A stretch of 64,000 bases of DNA from Setoptus koraiensis (Eukaryota; Animalia; Arthropoda), in NCBI GenBank assembly GCA_048013815.1, contig CM106585.1:24056001-24120000 (forward strand). The letters run 5' to 3'. Below are positions 36,501-50,452 of the stretch, one piece after another. Below the pieces are notes generated by a model, which worked only from the letters and a program-made list of their open reading frames with translations, was not told the origin of the DNA and made no database searches. Numbering within the stretch: position 1 is the first letter of the stretch; each line of letters opens with the position of its first letter. The position numbers and the translations under genes were made by a program.

Positions 36501-38521
36501 CGGACAAGCGATGGGGGGCGATCGGGGACAGGTTAGAGGCTAGAAAGGGCTTATTTGCTTAGGATTTGCTACAACCGTCAGGTTTTGAAACAATTTTCAG
36601 AGCTTCGTCCCTGTTCAACACCTCAAACGTGTGTGGGCAATTTGTTGCAAGACTCGTCAAGTTGTTTATTTCCCTGTCTCAAATAAATTTCAAGCTGCAC
36701 TCATGGTGATGGCGCGAACGTTACATCAACTATATTTAAACTCACAAAAAAAGGAAACCTTTCAATTTGTGTAAAATACAGCTAGCCACATACAACTCTA
36801 TCTATGGGATATATAGGGATAGATAAAGATGGAATAGGTAGCTTATGCGGTAGTGCTAGTGATACTAACCTAAAAGTAATAATAACAACACATCGCCTAT
36901 CACTGTTAATATTATTGGTATTATTATGGCCGACTTATCTTTTAGAAATTGAAGCGGCCATTTGGCGAGTTCTTTTCCTTCTTGTCGTTTATTTGAGCCG
37001 ATTCTTAATCTCGCATCAAGCCACACGAACTCTGATTAGCCTAACATGTTCAATGGCCGGCTGATGAACACTTTCTGAAGGTGCGAAAGAACCAAGAAAC
37101 TGGTATCTACTGGCAACTTGTATCTGCACTTGAATACGGGTCCAGATGTACCAATTCAGATATAAGTCGCCAGTGATGTTGTCCCCGAGGCACGCCTCAG
37201 ACTGAAGATAACATGTTGATTGATAGCCATTTTTGAATACACAAAAATTGAAGAATCGTCATAATTGGCCAGTTATGACGAAAATCTTGCTCATTAATAA
37301 TGACGGCATGAGAGGCATTTTGTCATCATTTATTTTTTTGAAATTTATTTCAATTTGGCTGCTCAGTGCAGTGACATTGGCAAACAATGAACACAATTAT
37401 TATAAAATCTAACTTAACAATACGGTGGGGTATATTTACATTGGTCAAATCAGTCAATTGTTGTTTCTCACTTAGTTTCTTCTTTAACGCGTTCCTCTTT
37501 GCTGTCCTGGCTTGTCTTGCCCAATGCTCAGTTGCACTCTCTCTCTCTCTCAATGAAAAAAGTGCACGCTATAACAGGGTCCGTTGCATCTTATGTAGCC
37601 CTACACATGTATAATACAATGATTAAATATAATATTTAACCCAATTCATGATGGCTAACGTTTTGCTTTTCATAATGGTTGCTAGATGAAAAACAAAGGC
37701 CTGTATTGTTCACAATGTGTGCCTGATGCTGCTACTGCGTCCTATTATGCCGCATAATATTCTCTTGTATAATATCCTATATCATCGTATAATAGCCAGA
37801 TATGAAGAGCCTGCAATTGAACGCACAAATATTAATGGAAATATAATTAGTGCTGACAGTATTGTTTAGATAGAAGGTTCGTTGGTGATCTGATTAGCGA
37901 CAATTGTGTAAGATAGTTTGATCACTCAGTTAAGATAACAACTGCGTGCCACAACTCGCAAGGGGCCAACATGCATTCAAGGGGCCCCCATGACTATCAT
38001 ATGAAACGATACTTGAGTGACTACAATTGCAATTGTGTGTTGCCTGCACGATAAGATTGCCATTGATTGGATGCCATCAATCACTGTGCTCAATTAATAG
38101 CTTTCACCATGAGTATTTATTGATTGCAAATCAAGCCAATTTGTGAGGTTAGGCCTCTGAATAAATGCCATAAATAGTGTGCTTTGATAAGACTTTTCTA
38201 CTGTTCAGAAGACAATTGGGGGCCAAAAGGGAAACAGATGATTACAATCAAATTGTAACTCGCCAATCAGCGCATTTCTAGTGTCTTTGCTCTATAGGCA
38301 ACTGTCTATTGGTAATAAACTAACTAACGGTATACAATACGTACTACGTAATATGTATGCACGTGCAACGCTGATTTTGCTTTTTGATTTATATGTTACA
38401 ATATAACGTTAGAGAGATACACGAAACAGAGTTTGTGTGTATCATACGTTACGTAACAGGAGCCGTGGATTTGTTGTTTGTTGATTAACATAAACATACA
38501 ACATATACAACATATACATAT

Positions 38522-38529
<8 letters not shown>

Positions 38530-38554
<25 letters not shown>
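38530..38554 (+). repeat. (AT)n microsatellite
   Basis: Seen directly. Confidence 0.9.
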
Positions 38555-41500
38555 AACCAGGTAAATATATGTGTGTGCATGTGAACAGGTTCGTAGATAT
38601 ATGTTACAACATTGTTTATGAGAACAGTGCATCCGTTGTTGTTTTTGTTGGCAAGGCAAAAAGCTAACAACAGCCTTGGCATTCTTTGTTGGCTGGTCCT
38701 TTTAATATGATATTATAAGTGGATATTGGTTGTATTATAACAGTAAATAGTATATATAGCAAGTAAGTGGCATAGATATAGCAAAGCAGGCAGGCAGCAG
38801 ATAATATTGGCATGAATGAATGAATACATAGCTATTGGAATAGCTATTGGAATAGAAAGGCCGATTGTGAAATGTGCACAGGTGAAAGCACGTTATGCAA
38901 CGTGGTAAAATGACTGTTAGTACGCGCACCGTAACAATATCCTTATTACACTTGTGTTAGCTGCTACATTGCAGTAGTGACTACATTGTGGTAGCAACTA
39001 CAATCTAGTGGTAACTACTGTACGACAGCAACAGCAACAGCAGTAGCAGCAGCAGCAGCAGCAACAACAACGACAACAACGACAAAAACAGCAACAACAA
39101 CAACAAAGGATGCACGTAAACAAATGAGAGCAACCAGGTAAGCATACATGTACAGTTATGGCCAGCGTAAGCGTTCATCGATGGATCGGTGGAACGGTGA
39201 GCAAAGGTTTCTTTGGTTGGATGGCTGGTTCGTGGCTCCCATTGGATGGGTCTATATATAACAGGTTGCATAAGAAATAGGAATTTAAGTTGGGCGCAAG
39301 AAGGAAGAGAAACGAGGCCAGCACGAGGCTTCGTTATGACGGTGACATTCATATCTTGGTATATGATGCGAGCGCCTTCATAAATTGCAATGCTGCCACT
39401 AGATATCATAGCGCTTGCACCGTTATGCTATTACTGTTACGTAAGTATGAGTATGTTATACTCTAGCAAGTGATGTGATATGATCCGATGCGTTTCTTTT
39501 CCTTTCTTTTTGTTCCTTTTCCATCCAATCTCTCGCTCGTGTGTGCGTGTGTGATATCATCATATCCGATTCGACCCTCTCTGACCCGATCCGATCCGAT
39601 TAAATTTGATGTAACTCAATCTGAGCGAAATTGCATCGACACACTGAGATTTTCAGATGTGCTTCGATCAAAAAGTTGCCCGTATAGCGGGTGCAGGTTT
39701 GTTCAATCTTGCACTGCCAGTCATGATTATGAATTATGTATCGCAGCAAAAAAGAAATATGATCTCCATCTCTCGCTTTCTTTCTCGAATAAATTGAACA
39801 CACACTGACACAATGCAACGCAATGAATGAATTAATGAAGCGCCTATACATTGTACATCTCTAAAAAGGTATCGCTCTCATGGATAGATGAATGGATAGA
39901 TGAATGGCTAGATGAATGGATGGGTGATTTATGTACAGGTAAACAGGCTAACTGGGTGCACTTTTCATTCTTTTTGTTATTTTGCAACCATTATAGGTGG
40001 CCTGGCCCTTGCCTGTGCCCTCAAATCGCTGGCCCAAATGAGAAGAAATGAAACGATGATCAGTTTGTATGGCTTGCCAATGAGCTTACACAATTATTGT
40101 CAGATGGCTTCTCTTCTTTGACCCCTTGTGTCATTATTATTTCCATGATAAACAACAAATTGAATGGAACAACAAAATGGCCAGTTGACATGGCCAATAG
40201 GGGGCCACAAAAGTAAAAAGTATAAAGTAAAAAAGTAATAAAGAATAAAAATAAAGATCAGATTTCCAAAAAGCTGAGCCAACCAAAAGCAAGAAAAAGC
40301 AAGAGCAACCCAAAGCAAGGACAATTTGGGTGTATTGAGAAGTCGTGTGTGTATTGAGAAGTCAAACTGAGAAAGATGAAATTGTCTGAATTGGCCGTTA
40401 AGTTGGTGCCGCTTCTTTTGCTTTATAAACATATAAACATACAAACATATAAACATAAACAAAAACAAGTGGCTCAAGTCTTTCCGCTTGGTGACACAAA
40501 CAGTCAATTGATCAAACAATCGGCCGGTTAATGGCAGACATATGCCGAGACAATCAAAGCATCGCGTCATGTTGGCCCCTCGAACCAGCCACTGGCCAGC
40601 TCACTAAGCAGCTCACTAGCCAGTGGCCGGCCGACTGTCGGCAAGAGTAGGATATAATATCGGATAAACGCACGATATAAACGCAGCCAGAGAGGGGCTC
40701 CAAGAGAAGTTACATAAGAAAAACTGTATCTAGCCACGGTATATACAGTTTTGTATGTAATATGGCGGCGCTGATCGAAGTGTAGGTATCAATGGCACTT
40801 TGTTGTGCGAGATTGTGATTGTGTTTGTGTTTGCTTGGCGAAACATAATAATAACATTTGCTTGCTCCAAGCAGCTAGAACAACAACAGCCAGCTCACTC
40901 TCTAGCCAAATTGGGTGAAGCCCATTATAAACGGAAGTGGCTGCTGCAAAGTATATCAAAGTATGTTATATATATATACTCGAAAAGTCGGTTTGTATCA
41001 GTGGCTCGCTATGGCGAAATAGCGGGCTTGCCATGCTCACTCATGTGACTGGTCGTATGTTGGTGTTTGTAAGCTGTTCTCGTGTCCAATCAAATTTAAC
41101 TATTTCCAACTAAAGGAAACCTTTCACTCCCTTTCACTCGCTCTCACTCCCTCACATAGACACGCGCAAGTAGTCGTTATATCTCTGCTCGCCTGTAACT
41201 TGCTTGTAACGGTAACTCTGGCTGTTTTGTTTGGTGTGTTCCGGTGAAAGTGGCCTGGTTGTTGGCGGTGCCATATTGCTCATTTGACGCCATGCCCACA
41301 CTCAAACTCTAACTCTAACCCGGCTCGCTCAGTTAGTTTAGCTAGGCGAGCCTTGAATTTATTTGCATCATTATTATCTAGAGCCTACAGACAGGAAGCT
41401 CAAAATCACTCTATGGATTCATTTATAGGCAGTCACATTGAGGCGCTTGTTTGAAACTGCTTGGGTATAAATTGTGGGCAGTATCGGGCATATCGGGTAT

Positions 41501-41903
41501 AACTGTGGGTATTGGGTGTGTTGGGTATGTTGTGGAGTAAAGTATGGCAGCTTACAAAAGCCAGCAACTGTTTGAAAGGGCACCTAGCGACCTGACTGGA
41601 CTGGCTGTCAGTGCTATCACTCTCTATGTGGTATCTCTCTCTGTATATACACTCTCTCTGTGTATACTATCTGTGTATATGCATAACAGGCGTGTGAGAT
41701 TGATTGCAAGTGATTTACGCTGGCGCCGTAATGTACTTTAAATCATGCCAATGGTTGGTTTGAATAAGCAATCAGTTGCTATCGGCAGGGGCCAATATTG
41801 TATACACACCAATATACACGACATAAGCTGTGTGCATAATCCCTGTTACGTAACAGCAACAAAACTTATTAGCATGATTGCGTAAGTGTTGTTGTAAGTG
41901 ATA

Positions 41904-41964
41904 GCTGGCAGGCTAGCAGGCTGGCAGGCTGGCAGGCTGGCAGGCTGGCAGGCTGGCAAGCTGG
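41904..41964 (+). repeat. Tandem repeat (GCTGGCAG)n, about 7 copies
   Basis: Seen directly. Confidence 0.9.
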
Positions 41965-42621
41965 GGGCATGAGGTAGTTTGTCGTTTGCACACTTGCGCG
42001 ATAACTTGCCAGATATAGCCAGATATAGCCAGAGAGACAGAGAGCGAGAGAGCGGAGACACAAGTGGCTGCAGTGATGCAGTTAATCATTATCAGCGGCC
42101 TCTCTCTTTTTTGGGGCCCGTTTTGGTGGCAAGGGCGAGAAGCGAGAGCTAAAAGGCAAATGTCAACAGAACAGCCCACTGGCAGGCAATAAAACAAGCC
42201 TGCGCTAAAATCAAACTATCAAGTAGATTAAATTAAAATATTATATCATCGTCAGCTAGGCGCTATCAGCTAATGAGTTTGCCACTTCAATCGGTTTGTC
42301 TCATTCAATCGAACACACACTGCTAGTTACATTAGCTAGTGTGCAGTTATGTAAGCCCCTGCGTGTTGCTTGCCTATTCAAGGCACGACCGCGCGCCTAT
42401 TTGCTGAGCTAGCCCCCGATTAGATGTCGAGATACTCGCACTTGCGAGCAAACCTTGCCGACTCATACACTCGTTAGGTCGCTATACGCAATCTATTGCT
42501 AATAGCTGGCTCGACATGAGCAACGCAAACAGTTGACTGTCGATAATTTTATTTCTTTGTCTTGTATTGGTTGCTTGCGAACTCACATGCTCACATACAC
42601 CCACACCCACACACAGACACG

Positions 42622-42795
42622 TAGGCACGTAGACACATAGACGCATAGACGCATAGACACATGGACACGTAGACACGTAGACTGTCACCATAAACGCCTA
42701 GACACGCCATTACATAATATTAGATAATAGTGTAATAGTGTAATAGTGTGATAGCGTAAGAGCGTAATAGTATAATATTGTAATATTATAATAGC
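42622..42795 (+). repeat. Two adjacent degenerate 8-bp tandem arrays, (TAGACRCR)n then (TAATAGTG-like)n
   Basis: Seen directly. Confidence 0.75.
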
Positions 42796-43559
42796 AATGT
42801 GTTATTAACAACATGTCAAGCCACTTGAACTGGCTCGACTTGTGTCCGTGGTGTAGGCCGTTAGTGACCATGTTGAATGTCGTAGGCTGTCTGTTGTATG
42901 GCGAGGTATAAGGTTGTTGTTGTTGTTGTAGTTGCTGTTGTTGTCATTGAGACTGTATTGGTGACACAACGACAATAGACAGATAGAGACAGAGACACAG
43001 AGAGAGATTGAAACAAATTTGTTGTTTGTGTCTCACGTTGTTGACATCTACGCTATGTGACCATGCATGATGCTAGATTGGCAACTACTAGATGCTCGAG
43101 CAACAACAATAAAATACAATTTTAATCTCACTCGGCTACATTGCCCATTATTCAATTTCACCTATTTCACATTATACTCCTACGAGGGTATTTTTGGCGC
43201 AATATATTGTACGTGTACGTGCATATACCGCCTATGGGTACATGGTGACCTTTATACTCCCCAACGATTACTTGCCACTTTCTCGACTGTTGCAAGTGCT
43301 GCACTTGTGTCTCTCTTTGCATAAGCGAAAATTGTTTTCCCCTCAACAACAACAGCAACAACAACAACAACTTATCTATTCAGCTGCCACTGACTCTTTT
43401 TAGCTATTGCAAGATCATTGTCACGTGCTACCATTATAATAGCAAACTGTGGTATTCAGCTGTCTCAAGACGCAAGTGTCTGGAGCATCAACTTGAGCAG
43501 CTCGTTTGCTTGTGTCACCTTGAGTCAAGTTGACACAAGCAAACAAATTGGCTCACTCA

Positions 43560-43655
43560 CAATTGTCAATTGTCAACTGTCAACTGTCAATTTTCAACTG
43601 ACAATTGTCAACCGTCAATCTGCCAACCGTCAACCGTCAATTGTCAATTGTCAAT
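43560..43655 (+). repeat. Degenerate 7-bp tandem repeat (CAAYYGT)n, about 13 copies
   Basis: Seen directly. Confidence 0.85.
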
Positions 43656-43968
43656 GCTGATCCGTGGTCTTGTGCGCGAACCATTTCATTTCATTTTGAT
43701 GTCTTTGCATCCCGAGCCGGCTGCTGACTCAAACTGCTGACTCAAACTAAAATTTTACTGGCATCTCTCTCGCCTCAATTCATCCAATTGCTGCTCGTTC
43801 GAATACTTGCTGTTGGTTGGTTTGTGCGCGTTTATGTGCATACATTTATTTTAATAATTGTATCGATCAATTAAATAGATTAAAACGAGCTGCTCGTCAG
43901 TGGACACGCGACACTGCAACATACAAAACATAACTTGGTGTCCCCTTAGTCAGTGGACTAAGGCGGGG

Positions 43969-44176
43969 AGATCGTAGGTCGGGAAGGTTCTATCGATTTT
44001 CTACTCCCCTGTTCTCCCTCACTCTCCCAAATCTCCAGAAAACTAAAGAAAAAGAAAAATTTCAGCTGACGAGAAAAAAAGTGTGACCAATATCGTGACA
44101 AATATCGTGACAAATATCGTGACATTTCTCGTTATTAAAGTTTAAAAGATCTACGATCGTAACCTCCCTACGATCT
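43969..44176. mobile_element. Possible degenerate MITE-like element
   Basis: Inverted ends AGATCGTAGG and CCTACGATCT, with partial further complementarity (GGAAGGTT versus AACCTCCC). Internal TCTCCC motifs and (AATATCGTGACA)x3. No TSD found. Confidence 0.3.
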
Positions 44177-44683
44177 AATAACATAAACACATAACAAGCT
44201 AAAAGTGATGAGAGCAGTGTTGTCATAATCATTTTATCCGATTGTTGCCACTTGTTCTCACTTTCATCACTGGCATGTCAGCTGTGTTACCTTTGTGTGA
44301 TAAAGTAATGAGGTCAAGCTTGTGTCCTGTGTGACTTGTGTATAAATAATATTGGTTGGTATTACATGCAGTGGATTCATTATTGTGTCAGTTGTTTGTT
44401 TCACAAACAGTTTGTCAGCTGATCAGCATAAAGGCCGGCATAAAGGCGAGCACACAATGTGCGTGTGGTCTCATCAATTGTGACGCAACTTGGCCAATGT
44501 AACGTTAGTTACTACAATCATCGTATGCAATCAATGAATCTACTTGACGGGTCACACTTGTCACTGTTGAGACGCAAACAACATGCCAAGACAAGTTGCT
44601 CTACCTTCAATAAACACACACTAATGTCTGTCTACACCATACCAAGTGTGTGTTGGCTTTTGCCCTTCACTGTACAGCTTGGC

Positions 44684-44715
<32 letters not shown>

Positions 44716-45113
44716 CCCCGGGGCCCCACAGCATAGGGCCTCGTAATGTCAATGGTTGCTGTCGTTGTGTTTGCTTTTTGGCAATGGCATCATTTGGCCT
44801 ATTTAGGTATTGCACGAGCACAAGTTGCGCAATAGCCGAGCACGAGCAGCCCAATTCAATCATCAGCGGATAATCAATTGTATTCCAACAATGTGTGTGC
44901 GTGCGTGTGTGTGTTGTGGTCCGAGGGCAACAATGAGCAAGAAATGATAATTAGTTTGCTCGCTGATGATAAATTAAATTCTATTGTGTCTGTGGTGTTA
45001 GTAACGGTATCGAGTATCATATGTTTGTAGCAGCAGCGGCAGAAGGAGGAGCAGTGTACTGATTGATTATTGAGAGATTGAGGGCGCCACTATGCCACAC
45101 AAACTGCTTACTT

Positions 45114-45172
45114 CTATCCACTCTCGCTATCCACTCTCGCTATCCACTCTCGCTATCCACTCTTGCTATCCA
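45114..45172 (+). repeat. 13-bp tandem repeat (CTATCCACTCTCG)n, about 4.5 copies
   Basis: Seen directly. Confidence 0.88.
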
Positions 45173-47740
45173 CGCGCTACCGCAAGCTATCCACTCCCGA
45201 TATCCACGCGCTCGCAGTGCCTCTATCTATAATTTTATCTATACAACTTGTTATAACACAACTTGTTATAATACGACCGTTATCGCTCGTTATCAGTCGC
45301 CTCTATCGACGGTTATGAGTCGCCTCTATCGACGGTTATGAGTTAGTTCAATAATGCCGTTACAGGGGCCACTCTCACAGGGCTAACTGTGGCACGTTAA
45401 TTCACTATTGAACGACAACTTTTGTCGCTGACACTTCAATATGTCCCCTCGCTCTATCGCAATCTATTAATAGATGCAATAAATGCGATAGACGCCTCAC
45501 ACTCGATATAAGCCACACGTGCAATCGATGCGATAGATGCGCCCCATTTATTGCATTAATGTTCACATTTGAGCTTTCCATTTCTCAAGAACAGGTGACA
45601 GAACTACTATTGATGCTGCCGTTGGTGGCGCTGCTGATGCTGCTGGCCACAGTTGGCCACAGTTGGCCACTCACCTCAACTTCACTCGCTCGCCACCAGT
45701 TTGTGTCGACCTTGCTGGGCCTCACACAAATTCGCTATTCTCACACAAACTCGCTGTTGGAATCATCATTGGCCGGCATAGAGGCCAGCAGACTCGTCTG
45801 AGTTCTATTTGATGGATTCTTGCACACTTTTTGACTTTCGCACTCGGGCGCTTCGTTGCAAGGCTGCCAATTGCACTTGCACCACGCGCAAGGACGGGGC
45901 CCCCTTTTGGCAGCATGTAAACTAATGCAAGCGACGTCGCGTCATTGACAACGTTTCTCGCCCATCCATCTCGCAACTTGGCGCAATTTTGGCACAATTT
46001 TGCTCTCACCATTCGGCCTGGTGCCGTTTTTTGTTCATTTTGGCCATTTCAAGCCAGCCTGTCATTTCTGTGTATCTATTTATTCACACAGAAGTGAGCG
46101 GCTAGATTTAGCCGCAGTTTCAAGCTAATATCTCTTTTTGGGTATTACCACTTTTTGGGGCACCACTGTTAACATTGCACAGTTAGCACTGGTGGTAACT
46201 GTGCATCTGTTATTGGTTATTGGTTGTTGTTTGTTGTTGTTGTTCTACAACCACAATTTTGTGTCCAATGGCAAGTGACGCTGTCGAGATGGTTGCACAT
46301 GTCGCTTGCTGCGTTATTTTCTCAATTTCTCTATTTCTCAATTTTGGTGGCTCAGGCAACCAATGGGTGGATAAAACTGGGCACAAAACTCAAAATGCAC
46401 TCCACACCAAATGGCGACATTGCGACAACATTGAACTAATGACAACAGGGATAACAAAATCGACACACTTGCCTGGAGTCATTTTGGCATGCTTAAAGAT
46501 GCTCATCATTGCTAACACGTCAGTTGAAATCGCCTTATTTTTATCCGCTTTTATCCGGGCTGGGGATAAAAGTGTGCCTGTGCGGCCACCTCGCCCCCAT
46601 GGCCAGAGGCAAAGTCGGACAGTGCGGCCAACATTTTCAGCATTCAGAAATTGATAGTGCTGATAGTGTGCCTTATGGGCTTACGGTTGGTATTGGTATG
46701 GCACACATTGGGACAGTGTTATGTAACAGTGCAACAACAAAACCGTTAGTGTCGTGCAACTGTTAACTGTCCATCGAGCTACGCAAGTGACTATAAAAAT
46801 AATAAAATTGACAGTAGTTGCATGTGTACGTGTGCGACAAGTGGCTACTAGTGGCCAGTACGTGTACATGAATTATGACTAGTAATGCTATAAGTAATGG
46901 TAGCACTAATATCAGTTTTAGTAGTAGCAGCAACGACCGGTAGTTGCACATAGGACAACAACGACAACAGAGTATAGTCAATATTTTAGTGTTGTTATAT
47001 AGATTGTGATAACGACACTGGTCATAAGGTGCCAATACCTTGTACGACAACTGCTAATAGTTGCTAATTCGTTGGCAGTTACGCAACTCACAACTACAAT
47101 ACATAACAGTATGCTAATAGCAGCAAACAATAACAACAGATAATCGTCGCTAATTTATTGATATGACGCTATCATATTGATTTGTTGTCGTTGGCATTGT
47201 TGTTGCTCGTATAGCGAGTATAACAAGTATGGCAAGTATAGCAAGCATAGGAAGTGAGCGGCTTTGCTGTAATGATGACACTTCGTTGGTTGCACGCGAC
47301 AAGTAAGTTTGTGCACAAAGGATTGGCATTGTCATTTTAGTTAAGCCGCTCTCATTAACAAACTGGGGCTCGTTAGAGCCGCTAGTATTTTGTGTGCTCC
47401 ATTGGATTGTGTGCCGGCACAACCGCTATTGGTCATCATTTAGGTTTAGCCTCAATTGCAGCCTCAATTGCAGCCGCAATGTTAGCTGCACCGTTAGCTA
47501 CAGTGTCTACTGCAACAACAATCTGAGGCCAACAATAATCAATTTGTTCAGTATCAACAACAACGACAACAGCGGCCCACGCACAATGTAGCCTCAATTG
47601 GTCAGTGCTTGCTCACTGTCCATTTATCCGTGTAACACACACACACACACACGAGATATTTTATTATCATACTGTCGACATAAGGCGACGTGCGGCGACG
47701 TGAGGCCAACAAGAGCACATCTGTTTGCTGTTGTGGGCCC

Positions 47741-47789
47741 ACGAGCACAAGAACGAGCACAAGAACGAGCACAAGAACGAGCACAAGAA
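47741..47789 (+). repeat. 12-bp tandem repeat (ACGAGCACAAGA)x4
   Basis: Seen directly. Confidence 0.9.
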
Positions 47790-48601
47790 TGGGCCCAAGA
47801 ACGGGCACAGTGAGCAAGCAAACAGAACAAGATGACATGAGTTGTGTCGTGCCATCTTGGCTGCTCAGTTGGGCGGCCCAACTTAGGCCGCCTAACTGAG
47901 CCATCTAACAATAAGGGCTGTAGGGGAGCAGCCAAGCGACAGTTGCCGTTATTTGTGGTTGTTATGTTGTGCTCATCATACCCAAATTGTGTCTCTGTCT
48001 TTGCAAGTCTGTCCATCGATGGCCGTTGTGTCGCATAAGGCGCATAGAAGCTCTAATGATATGATGACCATCAATGCCAATACCTAATTGTGGTATCAGA
48101 TGATTCATTTCACTTTACACACGATACAAACAATAAGCAGCATTGTTACGCCATCTATATACACACAACATGTATATGTATGGCCAGTGTAATGGGCATA
48201 TAGATGTTATATGTGGCCCTGCCAATAGATGCATAGATTGCATTGGCTTGGCAACATGACTTGAAATTATAGTCGAGGCCACACATTGTAGAATATTATA
48301 TAATATATTTGCTGTAATGGTATATAACAGGGATTGAGCTATCTATTTAGTGTTATTGGTAATGTGCTTGGTAACACAACAACAGACAGCCAGATAAGTG
48401 TGACAATGGGCACAGATGGGCATCAATTTATTATGGGCACACAAACAAAATTGATTGTGGGCCCCACAAAGCGCACATAAACTTGCTCACTTGTGCAGTG
48501 AGAGATGCGACTCTTATCTGGCTCTCGCTGTCGTGACTCACAGCTTGTGAGTCACGACAGCGACTGACCAGTCAGCTTGATGTTGTTGTTGTTGCTGTTG
48601 T

Positions 48602-48633
<32 letters not shown>

Positions 48634-48821
48634 TTGTTGTTGCCGTTGTTGATGTTGTTGATGGCCCACGAAGCAACAGAAGCACGCTTCAAATTAACCA
48701 ATGCGCTGCCATCGCTTGCCCATATCAGTTTGGTATCGGGCCAGTGGCAAGTTGCAACTTGGCCCGTGGCATCGCCAAGCTACCAACGGTGTGCGCTCGT
48801 GCCATTCGAACCGTGCGCATT

Positions 48822-48895
48822 ATTCGAACCGTCCGAATGGTTCGAGTGGTTCGAATGGTTCGAATGGTTCGAATGATTCGAGCAATTGGAACAAT
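48822..48895 (+). repeat. 9-bp degenerate tandem repeat (TTCGAATGG)n
   Basis: Seen directly. Confidence 0.85.
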
Positions 48896-49786
48896 TCGCA
48901 CGCTTCGAAACGGATGGCCCAGTCTGAACGCTGCCCACTAAAGGCACCGCGCCAAAGGGCGAAGGCCGAGTGACGAGTGGCCCGTGGTGAGCATTAACGA
49001 TGATGACAACAAGTGAGGTGCTGCCAAGTGAGCCCATTGTGGTGGCCCTCACTTGGCACAGCTCACTTCTGACTGTGCGTGTGTGTGCGTGTGCGCGTGT
49101 CACACCAATATAACTGTTGGTGGGCCAAATAATAGAGGGGGCACACACACAAAAAAGGATTGAAATCATTGCCTCTAGCGGCCACTGTGGGCACAACTCT
49201 CAACAACAACAGCAGCAGCAACAACAACACGCACACAATGATCGAGGGCTATCAATTACCAAGTACAAGAGTTCTCAGTTGGGACCCCTCTTATCATTGC
49301 TTGCTGGCTGGCTGGCTGGTTCTTTTGTGGCGCGCCCCAATGGCCCATTAGCTCTGTTGTTTGTGTGTTGGCTTGAGTAGAGTTGACTTGACTTGACTTT
49401 AGCCCACTCATTTCCAGCCAGCCAACAGTGCAACTCGAGTCGCCTCTTTTTTACATGCAGCTTACGTAACATTAACTACAGATGTTGTGCACAGTGCAAC
49501 GCACAAATCCAGATGAGATGAGATGAGATGAGATGAGGTCGTGTTAACAACACAACCGTATACTGAGCCACGCTTCTACCGGAACTGTGCGCTTTTGTTG
49601 CGCTGCGCTCCCTCAAACTAGGCACACAGTCTCAACTGGCAAACACACGTATGCCACCATAAAGTCCCGTTAACTTGCAGCACACGCACCGCGGACACGC
49701 GGAAGCACGGACACAGCGGTCATAAGAGACGTGCCAGCACGGGCGTGCTCTGTCGCCAGTGGCCGGTCACACACTCGCCATCGACC

Positions 49787-49905
49787 GGCCAGACTGACTG
49801 GCCAGCCCGACTGACCATCCAGACTGACCATTCAGACTGACCATTCAGAATGACCAGCCAGACTGACCAGCCCGAGCGGCCAGCCCGAGTGACCAGCTCG
49901 AGTGA
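49787..49905 (+). repeat. Degenerate 13-bp tandem repeat (CCAGACTGACCAK-like), about 8 copies
   Basis: Seen directly. Confidence 0.8.
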
Positions 49906-50412
49906 CCAACGGCCAGTCACTGGTGGCTGGCGAGCGAGCTTTTTAATTAAAACTCGTCGGCCACACGAGGCCGATCGGCACAATTGGGTGCCTGTGACAG
50001 TTGCAAGTGGCGACTGGCGACTGGCGACTGGCAATCAGATAAACATCGACCAGTCACTATCAGCTGATGGGTGCCAGCTTGCAACGAGACAAGTTTGGAG
50101 TGGATGATGCGGCCAAACGAGCCAGCGAGCAAGATGCAAAGTTGGCCCAAAGTGGCCACTCACTCCTATGTATCGATCATTGTTTTTGCTGGCCAAATTG
50201 GGCCCACTCAACAGTGAGCTGGCCAATTTGCTGGCTGCTTGTCAATGCTAATACAAACAGAGCGAACAGAGAAAAACAAACAAGCCGAAAGCGACAAGCG
50301 AATAAAGCGCCTAATTTAATTTTTGAGACCTCTCCTCTGGGCCCCGCTCTCACGGGCGCCCACTACAAGCTCAATTTTAGCGTCGCCATTTTTGTTTTAT
50401 TCTCGTTTCATT

Positions 50413-50452
50413 CTCATCTGGCCTCATCTGGCCTCATCTGGCCTCATCTGGC
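50413..50452 (+). repeat. 10-bp tandem repeat (CTCATCTGGC)x4
   Basis: Seen directly. Confidence 0.9.

Noticed and set aside
39197-39215. GTGAGCAAAGGTTTC, resembling miR-87
   Set aside because: It diverges after about 10 nt and no complementary hairpin arm is visible.
45295-45343. 23-bp direct repeat as a CRISPR-like array; also the other minisatellites
   Set aside because: Only two adjacent copies, no spacers, no cas genes, and a eukaryotic context.
48822-48895. TTCGAA repeats as heat-shock elements
   Set aside because: Spacing (TTCGAA and GAAnnnTTC) does not fit the nGAAnnTTCn HSE geometry.
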